Part shown: positions 27,703 through 38,171 of the stretch, one piece after another
How the letters are laid out: each line of letters begins with the position of its first letter
How positions within the stretch are numbered: position 1 is the first letter of the stretch
Assembly: GCA_902582755.1 (NCBI GenBank)
Contig: CACHSZ010000001.1
Span: 113,774-177,773 of the forward strand
Source: an uncultured Alphaproteobacteria bacterium
GTDB lineage: Bacteria > Pseudomonadota > Alphaproteobacteria > HIMB59 > GCA-002718135
Reading direction: 5' to 3'
DNA: 64,000 nt
The notes under the pieces: model-generated
Told to the model about the DNA's origin: nothing
Databases searched by the model: none
The model's input: only the letters and a program-made list of their open reading frames with translations
Position numbers and translations under genes: made by a program

Positions 27703-28412
27703 TGAAACAAGAAGGACACATTGTAAAATCATATGATGAAGAAATTAGAGACATTAAAAATAATATTGTTGATATGGGAAGTTTAGTTGAAAATCAACTA
27801 AAAGACTCACTTCAATGTTTAAAGGATAAAGATACAGAATTTGCCGAAAAAATTATAGAAAACGATAATGTAATTGATAAAGCATATAATACTCTTGATC
27901 AAAGCTTAGTTGAAATACTTGGCAAAAGACAACCGATGGCTGCAGACTTACGAACAATTTTTTCAGCAATTAAAATCAATAAAGATCTAGAAAGAATAGG
28001 AGATCATGCAACAAATATTGCCAAAAGAGTAGCAGTAGCAGAAATAGTTTTGCCAGAAAAACCTTCGAGAGATATTATTAATATGGGTGCACAAGTAAAT
28101 ATAATGATTAGTGAAGTAATAAAAGCTTTTTTAGAATTTTCAGATCAAGCCGCAAAAAAAGTTTGGTTAATGGATAGACAAATTGATGAAGAATATCTTG
28201 GAATATTAAGACAACTATTAACCTACATGATGGAAGAACCAAAAAGAATCACAGCATGTACAAGTCTTTTATATATGGTTAAAGACCTAGAGCGAATTGG
28301 TGATTATGTACAAAATATAGCTGAAGATATTTATTATGCAGTTTCTGGTGAGCCCCTATTTGATAGTAATCCAGACCCAACCTGGGAAGCAATTCTTCCA
28401 AAGAAAAAATAA
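27702..28412 (+). CDS. phoU: Phosphate signalling regulator
   Basis: RQPMAADLR, DLERIGDHATNIA, LERIGDYVQNIAE. Confidence 0.95.
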   Translation: MKQEGHIVKSYDEEIRDIKNNIVDMGSLVENQLKDSLQCLKDKDTEFAEKIIENDNVIDKAYNTLDQSLVEILGKRQPMAADLRTIFSAIKINKDLERIGDHATNIAKRVAVAEIVLPEKPSRDIINMGAQVNIMISEVIKAFLEFSDQAAKKVWLMDRQIDEEYLGILRQLLTYMMEEPKRITACTSLLYMVKDLERIGDYVQNIAEDIYYAVSGEPLFDSNPDPTWEAILPKKK

Positions 28413-28413
28413 A

Positions 28414-28442
28414 TTGTAATAGAATTGTAACAAAAATTTAAT
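28414..28442 (+). promoter_or_regulatory. Pho box array (3 units) filling the phoU-phoB spacer
   Basis: TTGTAAT-AGAA-TTGTAAC-AAAA-ATTTAAT, exact 11-bp period, ending 11 bp before the phoB ATG. Confidence 0.8.
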
Positions 28443-28453
28443 AGTAAAGATTC

Positions 28454-29137
28454 ATGAAACTAAAAATGCTTATCGTCGAAGATGAAGAAGCATTACTAGA
28501 TCTTCTTAAATTTAATTTTAACAAAGAAGGATATAAAATAGATACTGCAACGGACGGTGAAACTGCATTAGAAAAAATATTATATAAACCACCTGACATA
28601 ATTATTCTTGATTGGATGTTACCTAAACTATCCGGAATTGAACTTTGTAGAAGAATTAGAAAAAATAAAGAACATAAGAATATTCCTATCATAATGTTAA
28701 CAGCAAAAGGTGAAGAAGAAGATAAACTTCGCGGCTTAGAAACTGGAGCAGATGATTACATAACAAAACCTTTTTCGGTTAACGAATTAGTGGCAAGAGT
28801 AAAAGCTGTTCTTCGACGAATTAGACCAATGTTTGTAGATGAAGTTTTAACTTATAAAGGAATAGTAATTGATCTTGTATCTCACTCGGCATCACGAGAT
28901 GGAGAAACTCTTCATCTTGGTCCAACAGAATTTAATTTATTAGCTTTCTTCATGGAAAATATTGGTCGTGTCTTTAGCCGTGAACAATTACTAAATCATG
29001 TTTGGAAAAATGATGCCTATGTAGAGCCTCGAACAGTTGATGTTCATATAAGAAGACTGCGAAAGGCCATTAATAATGACGTAAAAGAAGATTTTATAAG
29101 AACCGTGAGATCAGCAGGATATTGTTTTGGCTCGTAA
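28454..29137 (+). CDS. phoB: Phosphate regulon response regulator
   Basis: IVEDE, ILDWMLP, MLTAKGEE, GADDYITKPFS, HLGPTEF, RTVDVHIRRLRKA, IRTVRSAGY. Confidence 0.96.
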   Translation: MKLKMLIVEDEEALLDLLKFNFNKEGYKIDTATDGETALEKILYKPPDIIILDWMLPKLSGIELCRRIRKNKEHKNIPIIMLTAKGEEEDKLRGLETGADDYITKPFSVNELVARVKAVLRRIRPMFVDEVLTYKGIVIDLVSHSASRDGETLHLGPTEFNLLAFFMENIGRVFSREQLLNHVWKNDAYVEPRTVDVHIRRLRKAINNDVKEDFIRTVRSAGYCFGS

Positions 29138-29191
29138 TTAAGCCATAAATTTCACTTATACAAATCACTTACCAAACTATAAAACCACCAT

Positions 29192-30739
29192 ATGAAGAGT
29201 CTTTTTAGATCATTCTTTACTGTCAGCTTTTATACATTTTTAAGTCGAGTATTAGGTTTTATCCGTGACATATTAATAGCAAGATATCTTGGATCGACAG
29301 TCATTGCTGATGCATTCTTCGTAGCATTTCGTATTCCTAATTTTTTCCGTCGTGTCCTAGCAGAAGGAGCATACAGCGCTGCATTAATCCCAGTTTTCTC
29401 TGGTGTTGTTCTTAATCCAAAAGATGAACGCGAGGCTTCTGATTTTGTTGAAAACACGACCTCAATGTTACTATTTGCTACGGTCGTTTTAACGATCCTT
29501 TTTTTCTTTGGGATGCCTTATATCATTCAAGTTTTAGCACCTGGATTTACTGATAATAAAGAGGCCTATGAACTTGCTGTCCATTTTGGAAAAATAATTT
29601 TCCCCTATATTATTTTTATTTCCTTAGCTGCTCACTTTGCCTCAATTAATAATGTTCATGAACGTTTTGCCGCTGGTGCATTTGCTCCTGCCATTTTAAA
29701 TATAAGTTTTATTCTATCATTATTCTTTTTAACACCTTTTGTGACAACTGCGGGTCACGCATTATCGTATGGTGTATTAATAGGAGGAGTTTTACAATTT
29801 TTATATTTATACAGAGCGGTTTTAAATTTTTATCGACCACGTATTATTCTTCCGGTTTTAAATGAAAAGTTAAAAAAGTTTTTCAAATTATTTTTACCCG
29901 GCGTTGTAGGTTCAGGAGTAATTCAATTAAATATTGTCATTGGCACTATCATTGCTTCTTTTTTACCCATTGGTGCAATCAGTCATATTTATTATGCAGA
30001 TCGTCTTAATCAATTGCCACTTGCCATCTTTGGAATAGCACTTGGCATAGTTCTTTTACCAAGTTTATCAAAAGCAATTAAACAATCAGATCAAGAAACA
30101 ACAAATAATATTCAAAATAGATCTATTGAATTTTCGTTATTAATTTCTTTACCATCAGCCATAGGATTATTTATTTTAGCTGAACCCATTATTCACATTT
30201 TATTTGAACGAGGTGCTTTTCTAGAAGAAGATACTTTTTATACTGCTAAAGTATTAAGTTACTTTGCCTTAGGTTTACCTGCTTACATTATAATTAAAGT
30301 TTTAGTTTCTTGTTTCTTTGCAAGAGAAGATACCAAAACACCTCTCTATATATCTATTGTCAGTGTGATTACTAATGTTGTGTTATCGCTTCTTTTAATT
30401 GGATCAATGAGAGAAATGGGAATTGCTGTTGCAACAGCAATTAGTGCATGGGTAAATGTATTATTACTGTACCTCTTTTTAGCTATTAGGAATCATATGA
30501 AATTTGATGATCTATTAGTAAGGAATTCCATTAAAATTTTACTAAGTTCATTTCTATTATTTGTAGGAATCTACGTATTAAATGGACTATTCTTTACAAA
30601 TATTAGTGGTAATTCAGTGTTATTAAATTCAACACTTTTACTTTTGATGATCTTTTTAGCTATAATTATTTATTTTGGATTAGTAATTGTGTTAAAAGTC
30701 CTATCGGTAAATCAGCTAAGAGAATATTTAAAAAAATAA
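29192..30739 (+). CDS. murJ: Lipid II flippase
   Basis: [49 protein letters not shown]. Confidence 0.95.
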   Translation: MKSLFRSFFTVSFYTFLSRVLGFIRDILIARYLGSTVIADAFFVAFRIPNFFRRVLAEGAYSAALIPVFSGVVLNPKDEREASDFVENTTSMLLFATVVLTILFFFGMPYIIQVLAPGFTDNKEAYELAVHFGKIIFPYIIFISLAAHFASINNVHERFAAGAFAPAILNISFILSLFFLTPFVTTAGHALSYGVLIGGVLQFLYLYRAVLNFYRPRIILPVLNEKLKKFFKLFLPGVVGSGVIQLNIVIGTIIASFLPIGAISHIYYADRLNQLPLAIFGIALGIVLLPSLSKAIKQSDQETTNNIQNRSIEFSLLISLPSAIGLFILAEPIIHILFERGAFLEEDTFYTAKVLSYFALGLPAYIIIKVLVSCFFAREDTKTPLYISIVSVITNVVLSLLLIGSMREMGIAVATAISAWVNVLLLYLFLAIRNHMKFDDLLVRNSIKILLSSFLLFVGIYVLNGLFFTNISGNSVLLNSTLLLLMIFLAIIIYFGLVIVLKVLSVNQLREYLKK

Positions 30740-30740
30740 T

Positions 30741-31748
30741 ATGGAAAAGCCAACAAAAAGAATACTGTCCGGTGTCCAACCATCTGGTGATCTTCATTTA
30801 GGAAATTATCTTGGAGCCATAAAAAATTTTGTTTCTCTTCAAAAAGAATACGAATGCTTTTTTTGTGTTGTTGATTTGCATGCAATTACCGTTTGGCAAG
30901 ATCCAAAAGTTTTAGCAAATAAAACACGAGAAGTAACAGCTGCATTTATTGCTTCTGGTATTGATCCAAAGAAAAATAATATTTTTGTTCAATCACAAGT
31001 TCCTCAACATGCACAGCTTGGATGGTTGTTCAATTGTGTTGCAAGGATGGGATGGTTAAACCGTATGACGCAATTTAAAGATAAGGCAGGAAAGAATAGT
31101 GAAAATGTTTCAGTTGGTTTATTTTCTTATCCAACATTAATGGCTGCAGATATACTTATATATTTAGCAACGCACGTTCCTGTTGGTGATGATCAAAAAC
31201 AACATTTGGAGCTCACTAGAGATATAGCCCAAAAATTTAATAACGATTTTAAGACAGATTTTTTTCCTATTCCTGAACCATTAATTTTAGGAGAGGCTAC
31301 AAGAGTGATGAGTCTTCGTGATGGTTCAAAAAAAATGAGTAAATCAGATCCTTCTGATTATTCGAGAATAATGTTAACTGATACTGCAGAAAATATTATA
31401 CAAAAAATTAAAAAGGCAAAAACAGACCCTGAACCATTACCACAAGATAAAACTGGTTTAGAAAAAAGACCAGAAGCTGAAAACTTAATCTCGATATTTG
31501 CTTCTTTACAAGATACATCAATTGAAAGTGTTATTAAGGATTATGCAGGTAAAGAATTCTCCACCTTTAAAAAAGATTTGGCAGATTTATCTGTATCTAA
31601 ATTAGAGCCAATTACGAGTGAGATGAATAAACTTATGAGTGATGTTTCTTACATCGATTCTATTTTAAATCAGGGTAAAGAGAATGCTATAGCGGTAGCA
31701 GAACCTGTTTTACAAAAAACCAAAGAAATTATTGGTTTTTTATTCTAA
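30741..31748 (+). CDS. trpS: Tryptophan--tRNA ligase
   Basis: [41 protein letters not shown]. Confidence 0.97.
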   Translation: MEKPTKRILSGVQPSGDLHLGNYLGAIKNFVSLQKEYECFFCVVDLHAITVWQDPKVLANKTREVTAAFIASGIDPKKNNIFVQSQVPQHAQLGWLFNCVARMGWLNRMTQFKDKAGKNSENVSVGLFSYPTLMAADILIYLATHVPVGDDQKQHLELTRDIAQKFNNDFKTDFFPIPEPLILGEATRVMSLRDGSKKMSKSDPSDYSRIMLTDTAENIIQKIKKAKTDPEPLPQDKTGLEKRPEAENLISIFASLQDTSIESVIKDYAGKEFSTFKKDLADLSVSKLEPITSEMNKLMSDVSYIDSILNQGKENAIAVAEPVLQKTKEIIGFLF

Positions 31749-31822
31749 AAAATCCCCCAAATTTTAAATTTTTTTTTAGAAAATTCATACTAAAGACATA
31801 TTAATAACTATATATAGTGAAT

Positions 31823-32386
31823 ATGTTTATACAAACTGAACAAACCCCTAATCCACAAACATTAAAATTTCTACCCGGAAAGGTTGTAATGGATGATGGA
31901 ACGGCCTTTTTCCAAAATATTGGTGAAGCAGCAAACTCACCGTTTGCAAAACGCTTATTTGATGTCGAGGGAGTTGAAGGAGTTTTTTTTGGAAGTGATT
32001 TTATTACCATTACAAAAAATCAATCTTTAGATTGGCAAGTTATGAAACCCTTAATCTTGGGATCAATAATGGATCATTATAATTCTGGGGATACAACAAT
32101 TAATACAAGTAAAAAAGGTGAAGATAAATCTTTAGAAATTGATGAAAACGATACCGATATTGTAAAACAAATTAAAGAATTATTGGATACACGAGTAAGA
32201 CCTGCTGTTGCCATGGATGGAGGAGACATTATTTACGATAGCTTTAAAGATGGTGTTGTATATCTTCATATGCAAGGCGCTTGTTCGGGGTGTCCAAGTT
32301 CAACTGCAACTTTAAAAATGGGTATTGAAAATATGCTTAAACACTATGTGCCAGAAGTACAAGAAGTAAGGCCTATTGATGGATAG
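31823..32386 (+). CDS. nfuA: NifU/NfuA Fe-S cluster carrier
   Basis: MFIQTEQTPNP, VRPAVAMDGGDI, GACSGCPSS (CXXC). Confidence 0.93.
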   Translation: MFIQTEQTPNPQTLKFLPGKVVMDDGTAFFQNIGEAANSPFAKRLFDVEGVEGVFFGSDFITITKNQSLDWQVMKPLILGSIMDHYNSGDTTINTSKKGEDKSLEIDENDTDIVKQIKELLDTRVRPAVAMDGGDIIYDSFKDGVVYLHMQGACSGCPSSTATLKMGIENMLKHYVPEVQEVRPIDG

Positions 32387-33359
32387 ACTGTATAATTTTT
32401 TTTGCTTCCCTTTATTACTACTCGGATTAATATTTATAAGTAATGGATTTGTTGGGTTTGTAGAAAATAACACTATTGATACTAAGAATAACATTCAAAC
32501 TGCAAATCAAATAAACAAATTATATTCTGAAAAAGAAATTACACCATTTGAAAAAGAAATTACTCTTAAAGGTCCTCCTATAGCAGAAATATTGAATGAA
32601 AAATTAATTGTTAAAGTAAGAATAAAGCCAATCAATCCTATTATCACTTCAAAGATTGAAGAGCAAAACAATCCCATTTTGCAGTTAACATTATCAGATA
32701 AAGACTTTGATTACCTTGATTCAAATAAAAAAGAATTCGTAAAAACTGTTTTACCAATAATTATTAATGAAAATCAAAATATTTTAATGATTAGAAGTTT
32801 CGTTAATGAGCTCAAAGGTAAGTTAGAAACTTTTAGAACTCTCAATAATAATGAAATAAGAAAACTTAATGATATTGCTCAAAAGTATAATATTAAGTAT
32901 CAAAATAAACACAAACTAGATTTAGTTGACGAAATACTTTCAAACGTTGATGTAATACCTAATTCAATAGTATTAGCCCAAGCAGCAATTGAAAGCGGAT
33001 GGGGTAAGTCTAGATTTGCAAAGGAATACAACGCACTTTTTGGGGAATACACTTATGATGACTCGGAAGGAGTAATCCCACTTGAAAGAGAAAATGGTGA
33101 TACTCATCTAATCAAAGCATTTAGCTCATATAGTAATAGTGTTGAATCATATTTTGATAATATTAACTCTCATTATGCATATGAAGATTTTCGTGAAATC
33201 CGAAATATAATGAGAAAGCGAAATAATTTTTCCAATGTTAACTTACTTGTTAATAAATTAAACACTTACGCAGAAGATGAAAATTATATTAAAACAATAA
33301 GACAAGTTATTAAAACTAATAACTTTGGTATCTTTGATCAAAAAACTATTTCTTATTAA
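32376..33359 (+). CDS. Glucosaminidase (GH73 / Bax-like) domain protein with an N-terminal membrane anchor
   Basis: KKEFV..VLP, IPNSIVLAQAAIESGWGKSRFA...NALFG, NINSH.AY..FR, YAED..Y. Confidence 0.85.
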   Translation: MMDRLYNFFCFPLLLLGLIFISNGFVGFVENNTIDTKNNIQTANQINKLYSEKEITPFEKEITLKGPPIAEILNEKLIVKVRIKPINPIITSKIEEQNNPILQLTLSDKDFDYLDSNKKEFVKTVLPIIINENQNILMIRSFVNELKGKLETFRTLNNNEIRKLNDIAQKYNIKYQNKHKLDLVDEILSNVDVIPNSIVLAQAAIESGWGKSRFAKEYNALFGEYTYDDSEGVIPLERENGDTHLIKAFSSYSNSVESYFDNINSHYAYEDFREIRNIMRKRNNFSNVNLLVNKLNTYAEDENYIKTIRQVIKTNNFGIFDQKTISY

Positions 33360-34388
33360 TTAAAAATAAAATTGGTGACCAAACCATCTCCAATTTCCTT
33401 CACCATCTTTAACAGTACAATTCATTCTAGATCTACCAGGTGACAATTCTCGTGAAAGTCTTATTTCAATTCTTTCGTTAAATTTATAAATTTCTCTATC
33501 AACCTGACCTTTGCTATCAAATATAAAACAATCTAGAGATTTAACTTTTTTATCATCTAGAAGAGAGAAACCTATGAATGGTGGGTTTTGTTTAATAGTT
33601 GGATTTTGAGGAATAAAGTCATAAACTCCTAATCCTTTAGAAGAAGCAGCAAATTTTACTCTATCTATTTCACCATACCTTTCATTTAATGAAAATCTTG
33701 GCAAATAATACATGTTAGAAGTTTCATTAATTATTCCAGAATGCTGTCCAAAAGCAACCTTAAATTTAAATTCTTTTACTAATTCAATTATTTCATCTGT
33801 TGTCTCACCATAAGGAAATGCAAATAAAGTTGGTATCTCCCCAAGCTCTTTTAAGAAGATTCTATTGGATGTTTCTATTTCATCTCTTACTTCTTCAATA
33901 CTAATATCTGGCATGTGGGCATGTGTATGAGAGTGTGCACCAATTACTACACCTTCTTCTTTAAGTTTTCTTATTTGATCCCAGTTAATATATTTTTTAT
34001 TATTTGAAATCGTCCCTGTTGTTACAAATAAGGTAACAGGAATATTATTTTCTTTAAATAAAGGCCATCCAACTTCTAAAAAAGACTTATCAGCATCATC
34101 TACACTTATGCCAATAGTATTTGCTGGAAGATCACCATCATTAATAATTGTATCAATAATAAAATCTAATGATTTAATAGTATATTTTTCTTTAGTTAAT
34201 TCTTCAATATGACTATTAAGTTGCTCAATGGTTACACTTGTTGAGGGATATTTAGAAACTCCAAATTTATGATACATAAATACAGTTGCTGAGTTTTTTA
34301 CTTCATTAGCAAAAGTACTACTTACTAGTAAAAAAATTAAAGAAATACTTTTTAAAAATAGCAATAGAATGTAGTTATGTAATTTCAT
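33360..34388 (-). CDS. Polysaccharide deacetylase (CE4/NodB), exported
   Basis: FMYHKF, ISVDDA, PVTLFV, IGAHSHTHAHM, FAFPYGE, LPRF. Confidence 0.88.
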   Translation of the reverse strand: MKLHNYILLLFLKSISLIFLLVSSTFANEVKNSATVFMYHKFGVSKYPSTSVTIEQLNSHIEELTKEKYTIKSLDFIIDTIINDGDLPANTIGISVDDADKSFLEVGWPLFKENNIPVTLFVTTGTISNNKKYINWDQIRKLKEEGVVIGAHSHTHAHMPDISIEEVRDEIETSNRIFLKELGEIPTLFAFPYGETTDEIIELVKEFKFKVAFGQHSGIINETSNMYYLPRFSLNERYGEIDRVKFAASSKGLGVYDFIPQNPTIKQNPPFIGFSLLDDKKVKSLDCFIFDSKGQVDREIYKFNERIEIRLSRELSPGRSRMNCTVKDGEGNWRWFGHQFYF

Positions 34389-35000
34389 ATGTTGTTATTT
34401 CTAGATATTATATCATCAATACCAGAATTTTGTGTAATTGATGACAACAAAATAATATTACAACAGAAAATTACTAAATCTGAAACAGATAAGTTAAGTG
34501 ATAATATAATACAATCCTATATAGAAATAGATAAACGATTAAATTTAACTAAAAATCTCAAAAAAATTTCTACAACAATTGGTCCTGGTTCTTACACAAG
34601 TTTAAGGGTTGGTTCAGCATTTATTTCTGGTCTTATGATTTCCCGTAATATTCCTTATTACCCACTAACTATTGAGGATATTTTAAACTTTAAAGCAATA
34701 AAACATCCAAAAAAAAATTTGGGAGTTTTTATAACCTCTTCTAATAATCAGAAATTTTTTTGTTATAAAATTAAAGATAACAACATGAAATACTATAAAA
34801 TTGAAAATAATAAATATTCAATTCCAAAAAATATTGATTTGATTCTTTTTAACAAAAGTAAAATAAATGAAAAAAATGAATTAGAACAAATGAAGTTTTC
34901 TTTTTTTGAAGAATTTTACAACAATTACAATAATTTTACGTTTAAAAAAAATATTACTATTGAACCAATATATATATCAAATAATCAATTACTAAATTGA
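34389..35000 (+). CDS. tsaB: tRNA threonylcarbamoyladenosine biosynthesis protein TsaB (divergent)
   Basis: MLLFLD, IGPGSYTSLRVG, C-terminal IEPIY; synteny with rimI-miaB. Confidence 0.82.
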   Translation: MLLFLDIISSIPEFCVIDDNKIILQQKITKSETDKLSDNIIQSYIEIDKRLNLTKNLKKISTTIGPGSYTSLRVGSAFISGLMISRNIPYYPLTIEDILNFKAIKHPKKNLGVFITSSNNQKFFCYKIKDNNMKYYKIENNKYSIPKNIDLILFNKSKINEKNELEQMKFSFFEEFYNNYNNFTFKKNITIEPIYISNNQLLN

Positions 35001-35476
35001 ATAGAATTAGCTTAATAAATAAAGAACACTTATTATCAATAATCAATTTTATAAATGATAATAGTGATGAATTTAATTATTTTAAAAACATAGGATGGAA
35101 TATAAAAAATATTGAAAGTCATTTTAGCAAAAATAATAATTACTCTCTTGGATATTTTAAGGATAATAATCTTGTAGGAGTCTTAATTGGTGATACAATT
35201 AAAAATGATAAAGAATATGATTTAGAATTGCATATTTTATTTGTATCAAAACATCAAAGAAGAAAAAAAATTGCAACAAAATTATTAAATTATATTGAAA
35301 CAAATAATCTTAATTTTTCAAAGATTTTCATTGAAGTTGCTGAAGATAATGAAGAAGCAATAAATTTTTATCAAAAAAACAACTTTGTCTTTTTAAATTT
35401 TAGACATAACTATTATAGGTATAATGACAAAAATATTCATGCTAAATGCTTCATAAAAAATATTAATAATGAGTGA
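34997..35476 (+). CDS. rimI: GNAT acetyltransferase, RimI-like
   Basis: LFVSKHQRRKKIATKLL, IEVAEDNEEAINFYQKNNF, RHNYY; synteny. Confidence 0.75.
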   Translation: MNRISLINKEHLLSIINFINDNSDEFNYFKNIGWNIKNIESHFSKNNNYSLGYFKDNNLVGVLIGDTIKNDKEYDLELHILFVSKHQRRKKIATKLLNYIETNNLNFSKIFIEVAEDNEEAINFYQKNNFVFLNFRHNYYRYNDKNIHAKCFIKNINNE

Positions 35477-36770
35477 TAAATATATTTATATAAAATCTTA
35501 TGGCTGTCAGATGAATGTATATGATAGTAATCGTATTAAAGATTTGTTTTCAAATAAGGGATATAAAATAACAAAAGATATTTCTAAAGCAGATTTAACT
35601 GTTTTGAATACTTGTCATATTAGAGAAAAGGCAGTTGAAAAAGTTTATTCTGATATTGGCAGAGTAAAAAAAATTAAAGACAAAAAACAAAATATGAAAT
35701 TAGTAGTTGCCGGTTGTGTAGCTCAAGCTGAAGGTATTGAAATAAAAAAAAGATCTCCTTCAGTCGATTATGTCGTTGGACCTCAATCTTATCATAAATT
35801 ACCTGATATGATTGATAAAGTTGATGAAGTTGAAAATAGTGAGTTTTTACAAAATGAAAAATTTAAAAACTTAATTTTCAATTCTTCTAATTTATCTTCT
35901 GAATTTTTATCTATTCAAGAAGGGTGTGATAAGTTTTGTTCTTTTTGTGTAGTGCCATATACAAGAGGACCTGAATTTTCTAGACCAGTTGATGATATAG
36001 TAGAAGAAACAAAAAAATATGTATCAAATGGTATTAAAGAAATAATTTTGCTAGGTCAAAATGTTAATGCTTACCACGGTTTAGCATCAGATGGAAAATC
36101 AAAAGATCTAGCTTACTTAATTAATAAAATCAGTGAAATCGAAGAAATAAAAAGGATTAGATATATGACATCTCACCCTATAGATATGAAAGATTCCCTT
36201 ATAAATGCCCATTCTGATAATTCAAAACTTATGCCTTTTCTTCATCTACCTATTCAATCTGGCTCAAATAAAATTTTAAAAAAAATGAATAGAAAACATT
36301 CAGTTGATGATTATTTAAGAATAGTTGAAAAAATAAGAAATGTTCGCCCTGATATTGCTCTTTCATCAGACTTTATCGTCGGTTTCCCGGAAGAAACAGA
36401 TAATGATTTTGAAGATACAATGAAATTTATTGAAAAAGTAAATTTTGTTATCGCTTATTCATTTATTTATAGTCCAAGACCAGGAACACCTGCTCAAAAC
36501 AAAGATAATATTAGTTTGTTAGATAAAAAAGCTCGGTTAAGCGCTTTGCAATCGTTACTTACACAACAACAAATAAATTTTAATAAATCATTTGTTAATA
36601 AAGGAATGGAAGTATTATTTGAAAAGGTAGGCAGGCATAAAGATCAATTTATAGGTCGTACAATCTACAATCAAAGTACATTTATTAACTCTAAAAAAGA
36701 TCTCTTAAATCAAATTATGAATGTCAAAATTACAAACTCAACTAACTTTGCACTTGAATGTCAGATATAG
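35469..36770 (+). CDS. miaB: tRNA-2-methylthio-N6-dimethylallyladenosine synthase
   Basis: GCQMNVYDS, NTCHIREKA, GCVAQ, CDKFCSFC radical-SAM motif, TRAM tail. Confidence 0.96.
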   Translation: MSDKYIYIKSYGCQMNVYDSNRIKDLFSNKGYKITKDISKADLTVLNTCHIREKAVEKVYSDIGRVKKIKDKKQNMKLVVAGCVAQAEGIEIKKRSPSVDYVVGPQSYHKLPDMIDKVDEVENSEFLQNEKFKNLIFNSSNLSSEFLSIQEGCDKFCSFCVVPYTRGPEFSRPVDDIVEETKKYVSNGIKEIILLGQNVNAYHGLASDGKSKDLAYLINKISEIEEIKRIRYMTSHPIDMKDSLINAHSDNSKLMPFLHLPIQSGSNKILKKMNRKHSVDDYLRIVEKIRNVRPDIALSSDFIVGFPEETDNDFEDTMKFIEKVNFVIAYSFIYSPRPGTPAQNKDNISLLDKKARLSALQSLLTQQQINFNKSFVNKGMEVLFEKVGRHKDQFIGRTIYNQSTFINSKKDLLNQIMNVKITNSTNFALECQI

Positions 36771-37717
36771 TAAATAAAAACGAAAATTTAGAATTAGAAT
36801 TAGAAGATAATACAATTTTAAGTAACTTATTTGGTATCAATGATAGAAACTTATCTCTTATAGAACAAATTAATCAAGTTAAAATCCAATACCGTGGAAA
36901 CAAAATTAAAATATCAGGTAATAAAAAATCAATTTTTGAAACTAAGAAAACTATTCTTAATTTATTTAAAGAAGCACAAAATGGTGCTGAAATAGATGAG
37001 GATAGAATTAGAGATAATAAAAGTTTAATATCTATGAATATTAAGTCAGACAAACAAATGGATTTATTTATTCAAACTAAAAAAAGAAAAATTATACCAA
37101 GAACTGAAATACAAAATAAATATCTTCAATTACTAAATACCAAAAATATTACATTTGCTATTGGTCCTGCTGGGACAGGAAAGACTTATCTTGCTGTTGC
37201 TAAAGCAGTTTCAGCCCTTCAAGATGGCAAAGTAAATAAAATTATTTTATCCAGACCAGCTGTTGAAGCTGGAGAAAAATTAGGTTTTCTTCCAGGAGAT
37301 TTAAAAGAAAAAGTAGATCCTTTTTTGAGACCTATCTATGATGCTTTATATTCAATGCTACCTTATGAACAGGTTGAAAAAAAATTGCTTAACAACACAA
37401 TAGAAATAGCACCAATTGCCTTTATGAGAGGAAGAACTCTTGAAGATTGTTTTATAATTTTAGATGAAGCTCAAAATACAACAAAAACACAAATGAAAAT
37501 GTTTTTAACTAGATTAGGTAAAAATAGTCAAATGGTGGTTGTGGGAGATATTACACAAATCGATCTTGTAAGTGAAAAAGATTCCGGGCTTAAGGATGCA
37601 TTAAAAAAATTAAATAAAGTTAACGATATAGGTTTTATTGAATTATCAGAAAAGGATGTCGTTAGACATGATTTAGTCAAAAAAATTATTAATGCATATG
37701 AAAAACATAAAAGTTGA
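36758..37717 (+). CDS. phoH: PhoH-family ATPase (YbeZ)
   Basis: GPAGTGKTYLA, RPAVEAGEKLGFLPGD, FMRGRT, DEAQN. Confidence 0.94.
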   Translation: MSDIVNKNENLELELEDNTILSNLFGINDRNLSLIEQINQVKIQYRGNKIKISGNKKSIFETKKTILNLFKEAQNGAEIDEDRIRDNKSLISMNIKSDKQMDLFIQTKKRKIIPRTEIQNKYLQLLNTKNITFAIGPAGTGKTYLAVAKAVSALQDGKVNKIILSRPAVEAGEKLGFLPGDLKEKVDPFLRPIYDALYSMLPYEQVEKKLLNNTIEIAPIAFMRGRTLEDCFIILDEAQNTTKTQMKMFLTRLGKNSQMVVVGDITQIDLVSEKDSGLKDALKKLNKVNDIGFIELSEKDVVRHDLVKKIINAYEKHKS

Positions 37718-38171
37718 TTTTTTTTCTGAATCAAAAAAATGGCCAAGGCGAATACCTAAAATTAAGACTATTACAAAAAAGACTATAAATAAAATGAGCT
37801 CTTATTTTAAAAGAGATCATAAATTTGAACTGAATATAATTTTAACAGATAAATCAAAAATGATTAAACTTAATAAAACGTATAAAAATAAACAAACAGA
37901 TACTGATGTTCTTACTTTTATTACAAAGAACTCAAATAAAAATGTTGGAAAAATTTTATATTGTGATATTTTTTTCTCAATTGATACTATTGAAAAATAT
38001 ATACTTAGGAATAAAATTAGCATATATGATCATTTTAACCATCTATTAATCCATAGTTTATTGCATATTAACGGATATAATCATAAAAAAAATTTAGAAT
38101 TTAAAAAAATGAAAAGAGAGGAGATAAAAATTTTAGGATTATTAGGAATTAACAATCCTTACACAATTTAA
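37698..38171 (+). CDS. ybeY: rRNA maturation endoribonuclease
   Basis: TDVLTF, HLLIHSLLHINGYNH Zn motif; synteny. Confidence 0.88.
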   Translation: MKNIKVDFFSESKKWPRRIPKIKTITKKTINKMSSYFKRDHKFELNIILTDKSKMIKLNKTYKNKQTDTDVLTFITKNSNKNVGKILYCDIFFSIDTIEKYILRNKISIYDHFNHLLIHSLLHINGYNHKKNLEFKKMKREEIKILGLLGINNPYTI

